A stretch of 63,516 nt of DNA, filler included, from Bipalium vagum (lineage: Eukaryota): NCBI GenBank assembly GCA_037834085.1. It is 3 parts of 3 records of this genome, joined end to end, with 100 filler letters (N's around TTAATTAATTAA, not from the genome) between each part and the next. Parts side by side here need not be neighbours in the genome. Positions count along the whole stretch, not along the records: positions 1 to 21,907 come from JBBMKC010229527.1; 2 more parts are not named here. The stretch is one strand, 5' to 3'. The translations under genes were made by a program, and so were the position numbers. The notes beneath the pieces are model-generated. The model worked only from the letters and a program-made list of their open reading frames with translations. It searched no databases and was not told the origin of the DNA. Below, piece by piece: positions 1 through 12,481 of this stretch (its first letter is position 1; every line of letters begins with the position of its first letter).

Positions 1-699
1 GCCGATAACAAATAAACAACAATTAAAGTTGGCAATTTCATTACCTACAAATTTCATACTACACAACCTGATATAATCCTACTCAGCACATGACAAGCAA
101 ACTGTATATTAATGATTAAAAAATTATAGATAATAAAAATAATATTTTTTTATTTTAATTTTTATAGAATAAATCAATACTAATTTCTTATATTTTAAAC
201 AAAATAATTTAGATTGTATTTATATACATTAGATTCTTATCCAACTTTTAGTGAAACGTCATTTGTAGGAAGAATGTCATTATTTTTTTTAATTGTTCAT
301 AAAGTATTTATTTTCAAGACTCCCAAAAGATATATAACAAAGGATGAATTTTTACAATTTTCAATAAATGATGTTTGTCTTTAGATGCATTTGAGATCAA
401 AAATCGACTTAAATAATGAATAATTACTAGGAATTTTTAAAAATTTTCATATTGAATATTATCTAAAAAGTTTCTTAATATTACAAAAATGATACATTAT
501 ATTCTCAGTTATAATGGATTAAAAGGGAAAACTTTTCATATTATATAAAGACATCGAATGTTATATTTAATTAAATGTTAATGTTTCATGTTAAAATATA
601 AAAAAATATTTTTTAAAATGTTCTTGAATGACAAGGTAAAAATTTATATTTTTAAAATATTTTCATTTAAATACTAATGATAAGAAGAAAAGCCAAAAT

Positions 700-1000
700 T
701 GATATTTTTGAAAAAATTTTGTTTCAATAATGACAAGAATGATACCGAAGTGGTAAGAAGAATTTGTGAAGTTTATAAAAGTGTTATGTTATCCGAGAGA
801 ATGGTACCAAATAAGTAAAGAAATAATTTTTTCGGAATAATGTATGATGTCAAAGGTTCTATAAGCTAAGATCGTTTACAAATTTCAACGATAAAAATGT
901 AGTTAACACAATGCTATCTCAGAAACTCAAATAAAAGAAAATTTCCAAAAATGCAGAACAAGTAAAGTTTTGAACCACAGAAATTTAAAGAGAGAAATGA
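700..1000 (+). mobile_element. Highly decayed mariner transposase N-terminal (HTH) remnant
   Basis: Manual translation FCFNNDKNDTEVVRRICEVYKSVMLSERMV resembles the mariner first HTH (GKNAxEAARxICEVYG...SER); no intact ORF; boundaries approximate. Confidence 0.5.
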
Positions 1001-1588
1001 AATGAAATATCCTAATGAAAATGAATTTTTTTAGTTTGGTAATTCATGTGGAGACAAAAAATATCTTGTAAAATTATGTATAATGATAAAATAAATTTTG
1101 ATTTGACTCTAACAAACGTAATGATAACTCATATCCTTACATATTATCAAGAGCAAAATAATACATTAAAAAATCTGTTTCTTTTTGCTTATTTCAATAA
1201 TATCAAATTCGTGACTAGTTTGGAAAATATTTTAAAGTGGAGTTTTTTTTACCATAATTTTAGAATAGTAGAGTATTATTAGAATTAAAAATTCACGTTT
1301 ACTGAAGATGGTTCTTCTGAAATACAATTCTCATAATTTTAATAAAATTTAAAATTAGATTAAAGCTAAGAAACATTCCCTTAAATATTATTTCTGTTCG
1401 TTATTTTTTTTTAAAAAAATTCAAAAAAAGTACCAAGTTTTTAATTTACAGAAAAGATTAGTCAAATTGGGATAATTTCCAAATTTTTAGAAAACCTTTG
1501 ATAGACAAAATAAAAATGTTGACGAATATTGTATTTTGAAGCTTTAATGAGCAATTTCAGATTAATCACAACCGGTTATTTTTTATTT

Positions 1589-3673
1589 TTATACTGATGT
1601 GTTGTCACCGTTTTCATAGGGTTTTTGCGGAATAAGAACATTTGGGATTTCTCCATTGTAGAAATTATGAGAAACAGCTGAAGAACCATTGTCAGACATT
1701 TTGAAAACATTTCTGGTTTGATTTGGATTAAATAGTAATTGAGAATTTGAAAAGAAAACTGAACTAGACCTATCTGACCCAAGCTTTAAATTATCAATGA
1801 AAGGTTGAGAATGTCTAGGAGAAAAAAATGTGGAATATATTGAATTCATATTGTCATTGTCATTATCATTTTGTCTTTGAAATGACATTAACATATTTCC
1901 ATGGAGAGGACAAGATGTACAATTATTTGACATTTGTTGTTTAGAAGATTGAATAAATAAATGATTTTCTTTCATTTTTTGAATAATTCTACTATTTTTC
2001 CTTGGAAGTGTGTGTGGTTGTATAATGTCAACAGTACTTCCATATTCCAGAGAAGTTTGTTTACTATTTGACAATGAAGAATGATCTATAAAATTGATAT
2101 TTCCATGTAAAGGACATGGAAAAGGACACGAATTGTTTATGATCGATCTGTTTTTTATTGGAATAACTAAGGAAGGCGATGATGATATAAGTAAACTTTT
2201 CCTTGTATCATTATTGTTAGTATATTTGTATAAATCTTCTTCAGTCTTTCTTTTTTCTTTATAGATCAAAGAATTCACCATTAATGGTCTTATTGAATTA
2301 TTATCGCTGTAATGACTTTCTCCATCATGAAAGGATGTTCTAGTACTTCTTTCAGTCTGATGAGTATTTGAACTTTTAGTTTGATTATGAAAAGGTCGGA
2401 TTTTAAAACCATATACACAGTAAATTGATATTCCAATAATAACAAGCAAAAGAATTAAAGTTATAGCACCAATGCCAATATATTTGAAGATAATTGTAAG
2501 ATCAATTACTGAAGAAAAATAATGCTTAACTCTTACTGAGAATGTTGCGTTTACTCTTTCTAGTTCAGTTATTAAAATACATCTCCATAATCCATTATCT
2601 TCAATTTCTGTTTTGGTAATCGAAAGCCAAGCTGTAAAGCGCATTCCAATTGTCTGACCCCATCGAATTCTTTTCCAATGTCTTTGAACCACCATACCAT
2701 TTTTAGACCACTCAATGCTTCCACCAGGATCAGCTTCAAATTCACACATTAAAGTAAGATTTTTACCTTGATCTATTTGAAGTTGTTGATTTTTTGTGAA
2801 AATCTTTGGAGGACAATAAAGATTATTAAGTTTAATATTTTCATATTCTGGAATTATCTCAAAAATATTGTGACCTGTAAAACGATGAGGAGTAAAACAG
2901 TGAGGTTGGGCAATTCCAATCTCACCATTAGCACGTTTGAATTTTTTTGATATTTTGACATATTTATATTTCATCCACCATTTTTTTAACCATTTCAGAT
3001 TGCAATCACACTTCCATCGATTTCCGTAAAGGAAAAGCTCAACAAGTTGCATATTATTTAGGGCTGATTGTATTGGTTTTTCTAAGGAGGATAAGTAGCT
3101 CATACTAAGATCTAAAGATTCTAGACTTGTTAAGCCAACTAAACTATTTGGTTCTAGATAAAATCCATTTGGAGCTTTGGACATTACTAGCTTTTGTAGA
3201 TTTTTCAAAGACTGAAAGAAAAAATCTGGCACATGTCCTAATGGGTTATTTTCTAGGTTCAATGTTTTCAAATTTTTTAACTGTAATAGAGCAGCAGAAG
3301 GAAATGAGTTTCCTCCAAGAATAAGAAGATTATTCTTCATACTGAGGTGTAACAATTTAGGAACATTGATAAATGCATCATTGTCTATTGATGATAATTT
3401 GTTTGTATCTAAATTCAAATCTTCAAGAAGTTCGACTTGGATTAATTGATCAGAAGTAAGGGAATAAATGTTCTGATTTTTAACTTCCAGTTTAACAATG
3501 AATTTTGGTAATTTCGAAGGAATTCTAGTGAACTTAGTTAATAAATTGTTACAGATACATTGCTTGCTCTCCGCGGCAATTATAATCGTTACGCAACCAA
3601 TTACGGATTCAGAAATCTTCGCTAAATTAAATAATCCAAAGGCAACAGCTATATATATTTTTATTGTAAACAT
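1589..3673 (-). CDS. Type I membrane protein with leucine-rich repeats, LRRCT, one Ig domain, TM helix and long cytoplasmic tail (LIG / Kekkon-LRIT-like)
   Basis: 694 aa single ORF: hydrophobic N-terminus, Cys-rich cap, LxxLxLxxNxL repeats, LRRCT NRWKCDCNLKWL, Ig domain (LTLMCEFEADPGGSIEWSKNG ... DNGLWRC), TM YIGIGAITLILLLVIIGISIYCV, C-terminal -TSV. Confidence 0.92.
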   Translation of the reverse strand: MFTIKIYIAVAFGLFNLAKISESVIGCVTIIIAAESKQCICNNLLTKFTRIPSKLPKFIVKLEVKNQNIYSLTSDQLIQVELLEDLNLDTNKLSSIDNDAFINVPKLLHLSMKNNLLILGGNSFPSAALLQLKNLKTLNLENNPLGHVPDFFFQSLKNLQKLVMSKAPNGFYLEPNSLVGLTSLESLDLSMSYLSSLEKPIQSALNNMQLVELFLYGNRWKCDCNLKWLKKWWMKYKYVKISKKFKRANGEIGIAQPHCFTPHRFTGHNIFEIIPEYENIKLNNLYCPPKIFTKNQQLQIDQGKNLTLMCEFEADPGGSIEWSKNGMVVQRHWKRIRWGQTIGMRFTAWLSITKTEIEDNGLWRCILITELERVNATFSVRVKHYFSSVIDLTIIFKYIGIGAITLILLLVIIGISIYCVYGFKIRPFHNQTKSSNTHQTERSTRTSFHDGESHYSDNNSIRPLMVNSLIYKEKRKTEEDLYKYTNNNDTRKSLLISSSPSLVIPIKNRSIINNSCPFPCPLHGNINFIDHSSLSNSKQTSLEYGSTVDIIQPHTLPRKNSRIIQKMKENHLFIQSSKQQMSNNCTSCPLHGNMLMSFQRQNDNDNDNMNSIYSTFFSPRHSQPFIDNLKLGSDRSSSVFFSNSQLLFNPNQTRNVFKMSDNGSSAVSHNFYNGEIPNVLIPQKPYENGDNTSV

Positions 3674-4588
3674 ATCATTCCATTTTTGAGAGAGATTTAA
3701 ATTTAAAAATTCTCTTCCGTCCTGTCATTTCTCCATTTATTGAATTATAGTTAAATAATTTGAAATTGTTATAATTATCAGAGGACAAATGAGAAACTTT
3801 CATCGAGACCATTCATATTTTATCTGTGAAGTCATCCTAGACTGTATGGATATGATAAAGATAATTATAATGATATGACAACAGCAATCACAACATCGGG
3901 TTAGTAATGTTAAAGCAGATGGGAAAGAATGAAAGCAGAAAATAGACTTCCATAGAAAACAACAATTTTGGTTAGCAAATTTATTTTCCCTAAATTAGCC
4001 AATGAGGAAGTCTATTAATATTTACAAAGAAGATTTCTTACTTAACGGAAAAGTTGAACCACTAACAGTTTGATTTAATTAATAAAATAAAAAATATTTT
4101 TTTGAATCAAGTTTGTCCTAAGCGTCAATCAGCATTTTTAAATTAATTTCTAAAATATTACTTTTAACAACAAATACGGAGAATATCGCAAAACGGAATT
4201 GGATTGAATATATACGTAGTATAAGGTCATTCTTATTTTTCAAAATTTAATTAACTAAAAAGTCCATTAATAAATATAATTTCTGTAATCAAAATAAAAT
4301 TAAAGCATAATTTTTCTTTTGCTGACTCTCGGACATTGTGACAAACAAAAATTAATCATTTTTTAATGAAAAATTTACCTTGATCTTAAAAAATTTTGAC
4401 TTGCATTAATAAATGTTTATAATAAATATCTGTTTTTAAAATGTTTATTTAATACGAAAAATGTTTATGTCTGAGAATTGTTCTACAGCTTTCATATACT
4501 TTGACAAAAACAATTGATATATTTTTAACAAGATTTAAAATTTTGCGAAAACAAAAGGTTAATAGCAGCAAAGGTCTTTATTTAAATT

Positions 4589-5500
4589 TTAATCAACAAT
4601 ATTCAAAGTGGCCACCTTTGGCCTGTATACAGAACTGTAAACGTTTTTGAAAATTTATAACAATACGCAGCAGCTCTTCTGTTGATAATTTTTTCCATTT
4701 TGCCAATAGGGAGACCTTGAGTGAAATTAAACTTCTGTGGTTCTTAGAATGTGCTCTTGTATCTAAAATAGACCAAGCACTGTAATCCATATGGTTAAGA
4801 TCCGGGGAGTATGGATGCCATTCAGCTGAAAAAATAAAATCCAGGAAATTCTTATTGTAGAAATGCTGTTTTGAATTATGTCCATGCGCCAGTTCTAAGT
4901 ACTATTTGAATATCACAAGGCATCACTACGGATTGTAAAATATCTCGCTGATAGAATTCTGTTGACATTGATCCCATTTGAACACCCCTCCCCCAGGACC
5001 ATAATAGACTGTGGATTTTGCCTATATTCGATAATAGCAGCGTGTTTAGGAGATTCTTGAGACCATATTTTGTCATTTGACGATTGTAACTTTCTACCGT
5101 AAACATTTTCTCATCAGAGAAGAGAATTTTCTCCACCAGTTCGTCTACAGTGCGACCAATAAGTAACCAATATTGATCAAGTCTCACACTCTTATTGTTT
5201 TTTGTTAATAGTTGAGCTTTGTGGTGTTTGTATGGCCTGAGTCCAAGCTCCTGTTTTGCTATACAACATATGGATTTCCTGTTCATATTCAAGTCTCATG
5301 TTACTTTCTTCATTAAAAGCCTGGAATTTCTCTTTTATGCGCTTTTTGATGATTTCCAGCTTCTCTGCACTCATTATAACATTTTAATAAGCTTTATGAT
5401 TGTTGCGACCATACAATCTATCATTTTTCTTGTGAGAATATTGAGTAATTGTGACATGTTCCCTGAGAGAACAAATTTATTCATTGCTTTGATGTCTAGA
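4589..5500 (-). mobile_element. Decayed Tc1/mariner transposase, maT (DD37D)-like
   Basis: Fragments LGLRPYK, ILFSDEKMFTVE, WHPYSPDLNHMDYSAWSIL, CIQAKGGHFE; frameshifts and stops. Confidence 0.8.
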
Positions 5501-6179
5501 TAGTCCTGTTACAGCCTATTCATTTTGTCACGTATCACTTTTATCAGATATTGATTGAGACGACAACCTTTTCTTTTCGATGGACATGAAGTTCTAAGTC
5601 TTAGTTGACCACTATTCTTAAAGAATCTTTCGCATATATCATTTTTGCTTTCGCACTAGTTTCGTCATGGAACGTCACTTACCAATTCGAGAATTATTAT
5701 TAATAGAAGTCTGGTTATATATATACATATATTTTTTAATAATTTAATCTTAAGAGTATCCGAATATGCTTCTCCAACTCCAAATTTTATTTAAAACAGT
5801 TGCTCAAAAACAATATTTATTAAGTTTAACCAATACAAAGCATAAAATAAATATATATTTTATCTTTCTCTCAAACTTTAGATTATGGATTTTTAGGGAT
5901 AAAGATTGGGACAAACTTATAGCAAGACCATGTTTTTTTTAATTTGATTAAACTATTTATAATCCACAGACGCCATAGATGTTAAAACTGTTATATTTTT
6001 TATAAACATATATTGGGAACACTTTTAGACTAATTTTCATTTAAGTACATAAAATTAAAAATATAGATAAATTTATAACTTGGAAAATATTATTATTCAG
6101 AATTATCTAAAATCTAAATAACATAAGCACAAATATTTGACGGTTTAACGAATAATTTTAACTAAATGTTTTTGATTTA

Positions 6180-6990
6180 ATTCGTCGACAAAATTGTGGT
6201 ATGAAGCAAGACTTAAGTATGTCTAAATAGTTTTCGCCATTTACATTTGCCTCAAAGAAGAAGATACCATAAACACGTGACATTGAATACCCATTCCAAC
6301 GGTAACTTTGGGACTAGAGCCGGTTTGTGGGATAATTTCTTTAGGATGCTCAGTGCCCCAAATTCTGCAGTTGTGACTGTCGACATATTCATTTACGTAA
6401 AATGTTACGTCATCAGTAAAAATGAGATTTTCCAAAAATGATCTATCATTGTCGATTTAACTAATTAGAGTTTCACACATTGCTATTCTTTCAGCATAAT
6501 CTTCGTCATGCAGCATTTGAATCTTGTACGGATAAATTTGAAGTTCTTTTTTCAGTACATTGTGTACAGTTTTATAACTGTATCTAGTTTCCTTAGCAAT
6601 AATTTTTACTGAGGTATAAGGCATTTACTCAGATTTTAATAATTTTATCAATTTTCCCATCGTGAAATAGTCTTCTTGACTTGGAAATATCAATAATATT
6701 GCCTGTTTCTTTAAACTTTGCAAAGATCTTCCTCATATTTCTCGTTGTTGGATTTTAAATGTTACAAATGCCGTTTAACAATGTAACCATAAATAATAAA
6801 ATTCTAATACGTTCATCAATATCGATCATTATCTGAAATTTAAATATTAGGTATTTATATTTCAATTTATTTAAACAATTAACTGAATATTTAGAAGTCA
6901 TTTTTGTTTAAAAATTTGAATCCGTTGTATTTAACTGAATTATAAAATTTTTGCTGAGTTTAAAAATTGGATACTTACTTTATACACACC
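6180..6990 (-). mobile_element. Decayed 5' part of a Tc1-like transposon
   Basis: IFTDDVTFYVNEYVDSHNCRIWGTEHP...SPKVTV matches the FSDEAxFxxNGxVNxxNCRIWGxExP motif; probable end GGTGTGTATAAAGTAAGTATCCA near 6990 on the minus strand. Confidence 0.75.
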
Positions 6991-7744
6991 TTTTATAACA
7001 ATAGATCATAAAAGTTAATTACAAAGCTTGTGTAAAGTTACAAGGCAACTCCATAAAAATATTATAAATAATTCAATTGGGCCACTGAAATATTTGATTT
7101 CCAATTTTTCTTCGATACTGCAAGTAGTTATTTCATTGCCAGAATAATTACCGTTTCCATTTGCTGACATAATTCTGATAGATTTTGACCATAATTTGAT
7201 GAATTTCTTCCACTCTACCAATTACCGATCTTATAAAACGCTGTCAAAAGATGGCCGAATATCAGTCTGAACAACGTTAATGTTATACTATTACTCAAGT
7301 GTCATTTTGCCATTACGAAATTGAAATCCGTTGAGAATCATCTGTATAAATTCTGTGACCATCCACTTCATCGAAATATATGGATTTTCTAATTTCAAGT
7401 TCATTTAATATTTAAATCAAATTTTTATGAAATTAAAAGTTGCTTTACGATCACCGGTTTTGTTTATTTTTAAAAAGAAAAATTCCTAATATAAATTATT
7501 CCATAAAAATATTGAAATTAATTTTTTCAGTAATTCATACTGAAATCTACTCTTATTATGAGAAGGTCTAATAAGCAAATATGATTATTATTATTTATAC
7601 ACATTGTTTATTTTGAATGTTAATTTACTTTAATTTAATTTTATATTTTATTGAGTTCACAAAAGCACAATCCTGATTAAAGTTTAAAAGGAAATAATTA
7701 AAGATCACAAAAAGGTTTTAATAATAATAATAATTTTATAAATA

Positions 7745-9410
7745 CAGTAACCGCTCGATATAGGCATGTTCTATATAAGCAAAGCTAAATTCGCTATAGC
7801 AATAAATTAAAATTTATTAATTTATTTATTAATAATTCTAAGTCTATTTAATTAATATTATTTTAATTTTAGTAACTTTATTTAACAATTTAAATTCAAA
7901 AGCTATGCAGAAAAATAAACGAAGCTCTATTTCTATGCCAGACAAGTTATCAATTTTAAAAGAGATTGAATGTGGGAACAAGCCAAACGATATATGTAAA
8001 AAATATTCTATCCATACATCTAGAATCAAGATTAATAAGGGAAATATTCATACTTTTGTGTCAAATAATTTGAAAGCTACGACTTTAATGAAACGAATGA
8101 AAGGCGCACAATATTCTGAATTAGAGAAAAGATCACACGCCTGGTTTGTAGATAGACGATCTTTGCACGACATAATAACTAATGATGTGCTAAAATTAAA
8201 GGCCTTAGACATAAATAAGTCTATGAATGGATCAGATGGTGTGCTTACAAAATTTTAAAATCGTTTTAGTATACCAATTTTGCAAATATCAGGTGAGAAA
8301 ATATCATGCAATGCCGAATCAGCCATTCTGTTTATAAATGACTTTAAAAAGATTATTTCAGAAAACGAATTTGTACCAGAATAGATATATAACTGTGATG
8401 AAACTGGTTTTAGTCTATAGAAGCCTGCACAACAAAACAAATGTTATCTATTTGAAAAAACTGCTGCAGGTAGGAAATTAATGAAAGACAGAGTCACAAT
8501 CATGCTATGTGTCAATGCTACGGGAACTCATAAACTAGAGTTGATGATGATAGGGAAATCCAAACATCCTCGGTGTTTCAAGAATAGTGACAAATCATCA
8601 AAAAATGCATGGTAAACAGCTGTACTATTTTTGGATTGGTTTCAAACAGAATTTATTCCACAAGTGATTTTTATTGTTGGACAACGCACATTGTCATGGC
8701 ACGGAGACTCTTCTTAATGTGGATAGCAGATTTAAGGTAATTTTTTTCCCGCCTAATAAAACTCATTTATTGCAGCCCCTTGATCAAAATGTTATCAAAT
8801 CATTCAAACAACGCTACAGAAAAAACGTACTTAATGAACTGGCTTCTTTGTCTGATGGAAAAGATTCAATTGTCTCCGCAATAAAAAATATTAATTTGAA
8901 AGACGTTATTTATTTAACTGTTCAAGCTTGGTTGAATGTGCCGCAATCAGTTATTCAGAATTCATTTAAACATCTGTTTAATTCAGTTGACGATATCCAA
9001 GGTAACAAATTAACGGAGTGCTTAATCGAAAATATTATAGATCCATAACCTAAACTATACAAGTTCATTTTCGGAGATAGTGTAATTACAGATGATGAAA
9101 TCTTAGACTGGGCTGAAGGGTCTCATGATACAACCATGAAATCAATCACAGAAACTGACGATGATAATTAAACGAGATGGGCGATGACTAAGAAAAAAAT
9201 TAACTCATTCAATACTGTTATAGAATGGGGTGAAAATAATAATATCTCGATCAATGAGGTGCTTTTATTGCGTAGAATTCGAGAGAAGGCTGTAGTGAAA
9301 AAATATTATATTAATTGCTAGTCTTATACGTGTTTTTTTAATTCAAAAATAAAAATTCGATATAAGCAATTTATTTGGTTCATTTTAATGCTTATATCGA
9401 GCGGTTACTG
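7745..9410 (+). mobile_element. Full-length Tigger/pogo DNA transposon with disrupted transposase
   Basis: 22-bp TIRs CAGTAACCGCTCGATATAGGCA / TGCTTATATCGAGCGGTTACTG (1 mismatch), TA on both flanks; CENP-B-type HTH ORF 7905-8258, YNCDETG, DRVTIMLCVNATGTHKL, LDNAHCH, FFPPNKTHLLQPLDQNVI; several stops/frameshifts. Confidence 0.95.
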
Positions 9411-9431
9411 TACTGCTAATTAATTAAACTA

Positions 9432-9680
9432 TTGGGTTGTCCCGAAAGTTTTTTCGGTTTTTACTGAAGTAACAAGGAAAAATTTAAACACAAAAAATTT
9501 TATTCTGTAAAATATTTTCAATTATTATCGACAATTTGTTGCCCTCTTTTAGGCAGTAACATGATTCATTTTTCATAAAACGTCTGGTCTTTTTGATCAA
9601 AAACGGTTTCAGGTACGATTTGACATCTTCGTCTCAGATAAAGTTTTTTCCAGCCAAATATTTTTTTAGAGAACGTTGCT
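9432..9680 (-). mobile_element. Mariner 3'-end fragment with TIR
   Basis: TA|TTGGGTTGTCCCGAAAGTT mariner-type TIR; minus strand encodes a decayed C-terminus (LLPKRGQQIVDNN). Confidence 0.7.
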
Positions 9681-12481
9681 CGCGAAATATTTATTTTACT
9701 CATAAGCTTAACCAAAGGTAAAGATTGTATTTCTTTGAAGATGTTAAAAGTATAACATTTATTATATTATATTATATAAATTTTATTAAAATATTATTTT
9801 TTTCTAAAAACATAATGAATTAAAATTTAGGCAATAATTATTATCATCAAATTTAACAATACAGAAATGTAGTTATTTAAAATATCTTTAAATCCTACAG
9901 TAGCAACCAATTTAAATAAAATCACCTGGTGTTTTCTTTATTACAATAAAGAAATGCTTCTTATTTATCAAAAGAAACTTTAATTTTGATTTTGATATTG
10001 AAAAAATAAAATCAGACGAAAATATAACTTCAACATATTTTTTACCTTATTTATTTTCTAGTGTAACCTTAAAATTAGGATCAACAGAAGTAGGAGGTTA
10101 AATATTAAGAGGTTGATCCTCACTGTTCGAAGGAAAATAAATATAAGTGTTAAGTTTTGAGATTGAGATGGAATGGGGTTTTAGATTAATACAGTGAGAA
10201 TTTAATCAAAACTTTATGTGGCTCGTTATAATTATTGAAATCAGAAGGATTTCGAGTGTGTTACGCTCGTGTTCAAATAAAAGAAAAATGAGTTTTTAAA
10301 TTATTTCTAATCGACTGGGTATTTAAATGATTGTGCTAATAAAAATCAAATCGAACTGATCAAAACACACAAATGGCAGATAAAACTTTAAAATAAAAAT
10401 TATTCGCTAAGACAATTCACTAATTTTATAAATATAAACAAATAAACAACATAGAGTTATTATATTGATAAATCCCGGAGAGATAAGGGAGAGAGAGATA
10501 AGAGCCCTCAAAAGAAACATGCGCCTCTCCGCCCTACTAGAAGTAGAGAAGGCAATAAAAAAGAAAATATGGGAAAAAACAAAAAAAATTTACTTTGATA
10601 ATGATAGAATAATTGGGGAACTATCCAATTATTCTATCCAAGTCTTTTTAAAGACTTTAAAGATTAATTAACAACCATAATATCCAATTTGGAATCGAAT
10701 TGTTATTTATGATTGAATAAATAAAATAATTACTATTGGAATTAATGGACACTGAAATAAGTGCTCGGATTTGCAATATTAACGAAATCTGTCTTCTTTA
10801 TATAACGAACCGGATTAAGTATTGATTATTGTGGATACTGGTACGAATAATTTGGTTTTGCAATAATAACAATATTTGTGTTTTTTAATATCCCAAAATC
10901 GGAATATGAATCAAATATTGGTTATCGTCGGTAAGTAGAATTTAATGTTCTTGAGTTTTCGTTGTTGATTTTCCTTTTTTCTTCTCCTTTTCTTATTTGA
11001 GATGGTCTTCTTTTATAGTACGTATTTCAGCAATTTGACACCGTCCTGTCAGAATTAGTTAATAAATTGATAAACCTCCTTGTGTTAACGTTGAAAATAT
11101 CTGCTTACAACGTGACAAACTATTCGTAATTTAATATCCAAATTTCAATTCTAATTAACAAATATCGAAGAATTTTCTTTTGCTTTGTGTCTCCGTTGTT
11201 TATAAAAATTTTTAATTTATATTAATATTTTTTACATATTTTTATTTATAGAAATATAAATTTACCATAATTATTTTTTATATATAATTTTTTTATTTTT
11301 TTATTTCGTTATTTAGTTAGTATTTTTATTTTTAGTAATTATTTTTATCATTATTTCTAAATTTATAATTATTTTAATTAATTTATTATTTCTATGAATC
11401 TTATTTATATTTTATTTATTTTTTCTCGGGATTTATCAATTATTTACACATAAACTTTATATCAAATAACATGCATAAGGTTTTGTAAAGAATTTACGTA
11501 ATAAAAGATTAAAGGATCACTAAATTTACAACATTGAATTAAAGTTTTGTACAAAATGTTAAAAGATTTGGATCACAAAACAATGATAAGTTTTTATTAA
11601 TTTTTGGATCAGTTCCTTTCTGCTTCCTTGCCTGGAAGTAGTCTCCACATAAGTAAGAGATCTATTTTCATTACATTTAGCCTATTTGTTAAAAAACCTT
11701 ATACTTCTTAATAACAAATAGAATTTTATTAAGAAATTCAAAAATACTATTAAAAACTAGGAAGTAAATATTCAAAATATATTCAAAAATAAGAATAACA
11801 TTTCCAATTTCGGTTTTCCATAAATAAAAGCTAAGATATCTTTTTAAGCTATTCTTTGCATCTACGGTCCAGTGAATGAGTCCCTTAAGTTTTTTTTTCG
11901 TCACTTTAACTTAAAAATTTTCAAAATTTTGTAAAAATCTTTTATTATAAGTACAATTTAAAAAAATTGCCTTCATTAATTTATTACGGATTAATATACT
12001 ACCAATTTAGTAAGAGACAGATATTGAATCTCTTCATTAATCATCCATCAGTATTCCAACAAATAAATAAAACAGTAGTAAAATTCTTAACATTATCAGT
12101 TTGTCTTGAATAGAGCTTAGTTCTTCAATGATTCATGCTCATGATGTCATTTATCGTTTCTTCCAGTTTGCAAAGTGCCAGATAACGAAAATCGGCAAAT
12201 TCTGTGTTGCTTCAAATATAAAATGGAATGCTGCATAATGGAAATTTCACAGAGATGTTGGGAAACCATCAGTGAACTTCTCCGACTTTCACAAAATTAA
12301 AGATTAAAATCTCAATGAAGATAAAAATCAATACTTGTCTGATGACGCTGATAAAGATCTTGACGACTGCGATGACGACCTGATCCAAAATGAAGATTAA
12401 AGAAAGCCATAATAGACGTACGTTTATGTGCATACGAATAAGTTCGTAAAAGAAGACTCTTTTTAAAATAAAATTTTGTAC

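Noticed and set aside
1301-1326. CTGAAGA...GAAA hammerhead-like motif (similar weak cases near 30830 and 41710)
   Set aside because: No convincing flanking helices or cleavage triplet; at best eroded Penelope ends
5640-5680. Hammerhead-like core on the minus strand (CATGACGA-aactagtg-CGAAA)
   Set aside because: Core deviates from CUGANGA and I could not build stems I and III
10440-10680. T-rich minus strand resembling a mitochondrial nad4L NUMT; 68-aa plus-strand ORF
   Set aside because: In-frame stops, only vague similarity, TTG start; composition explains both
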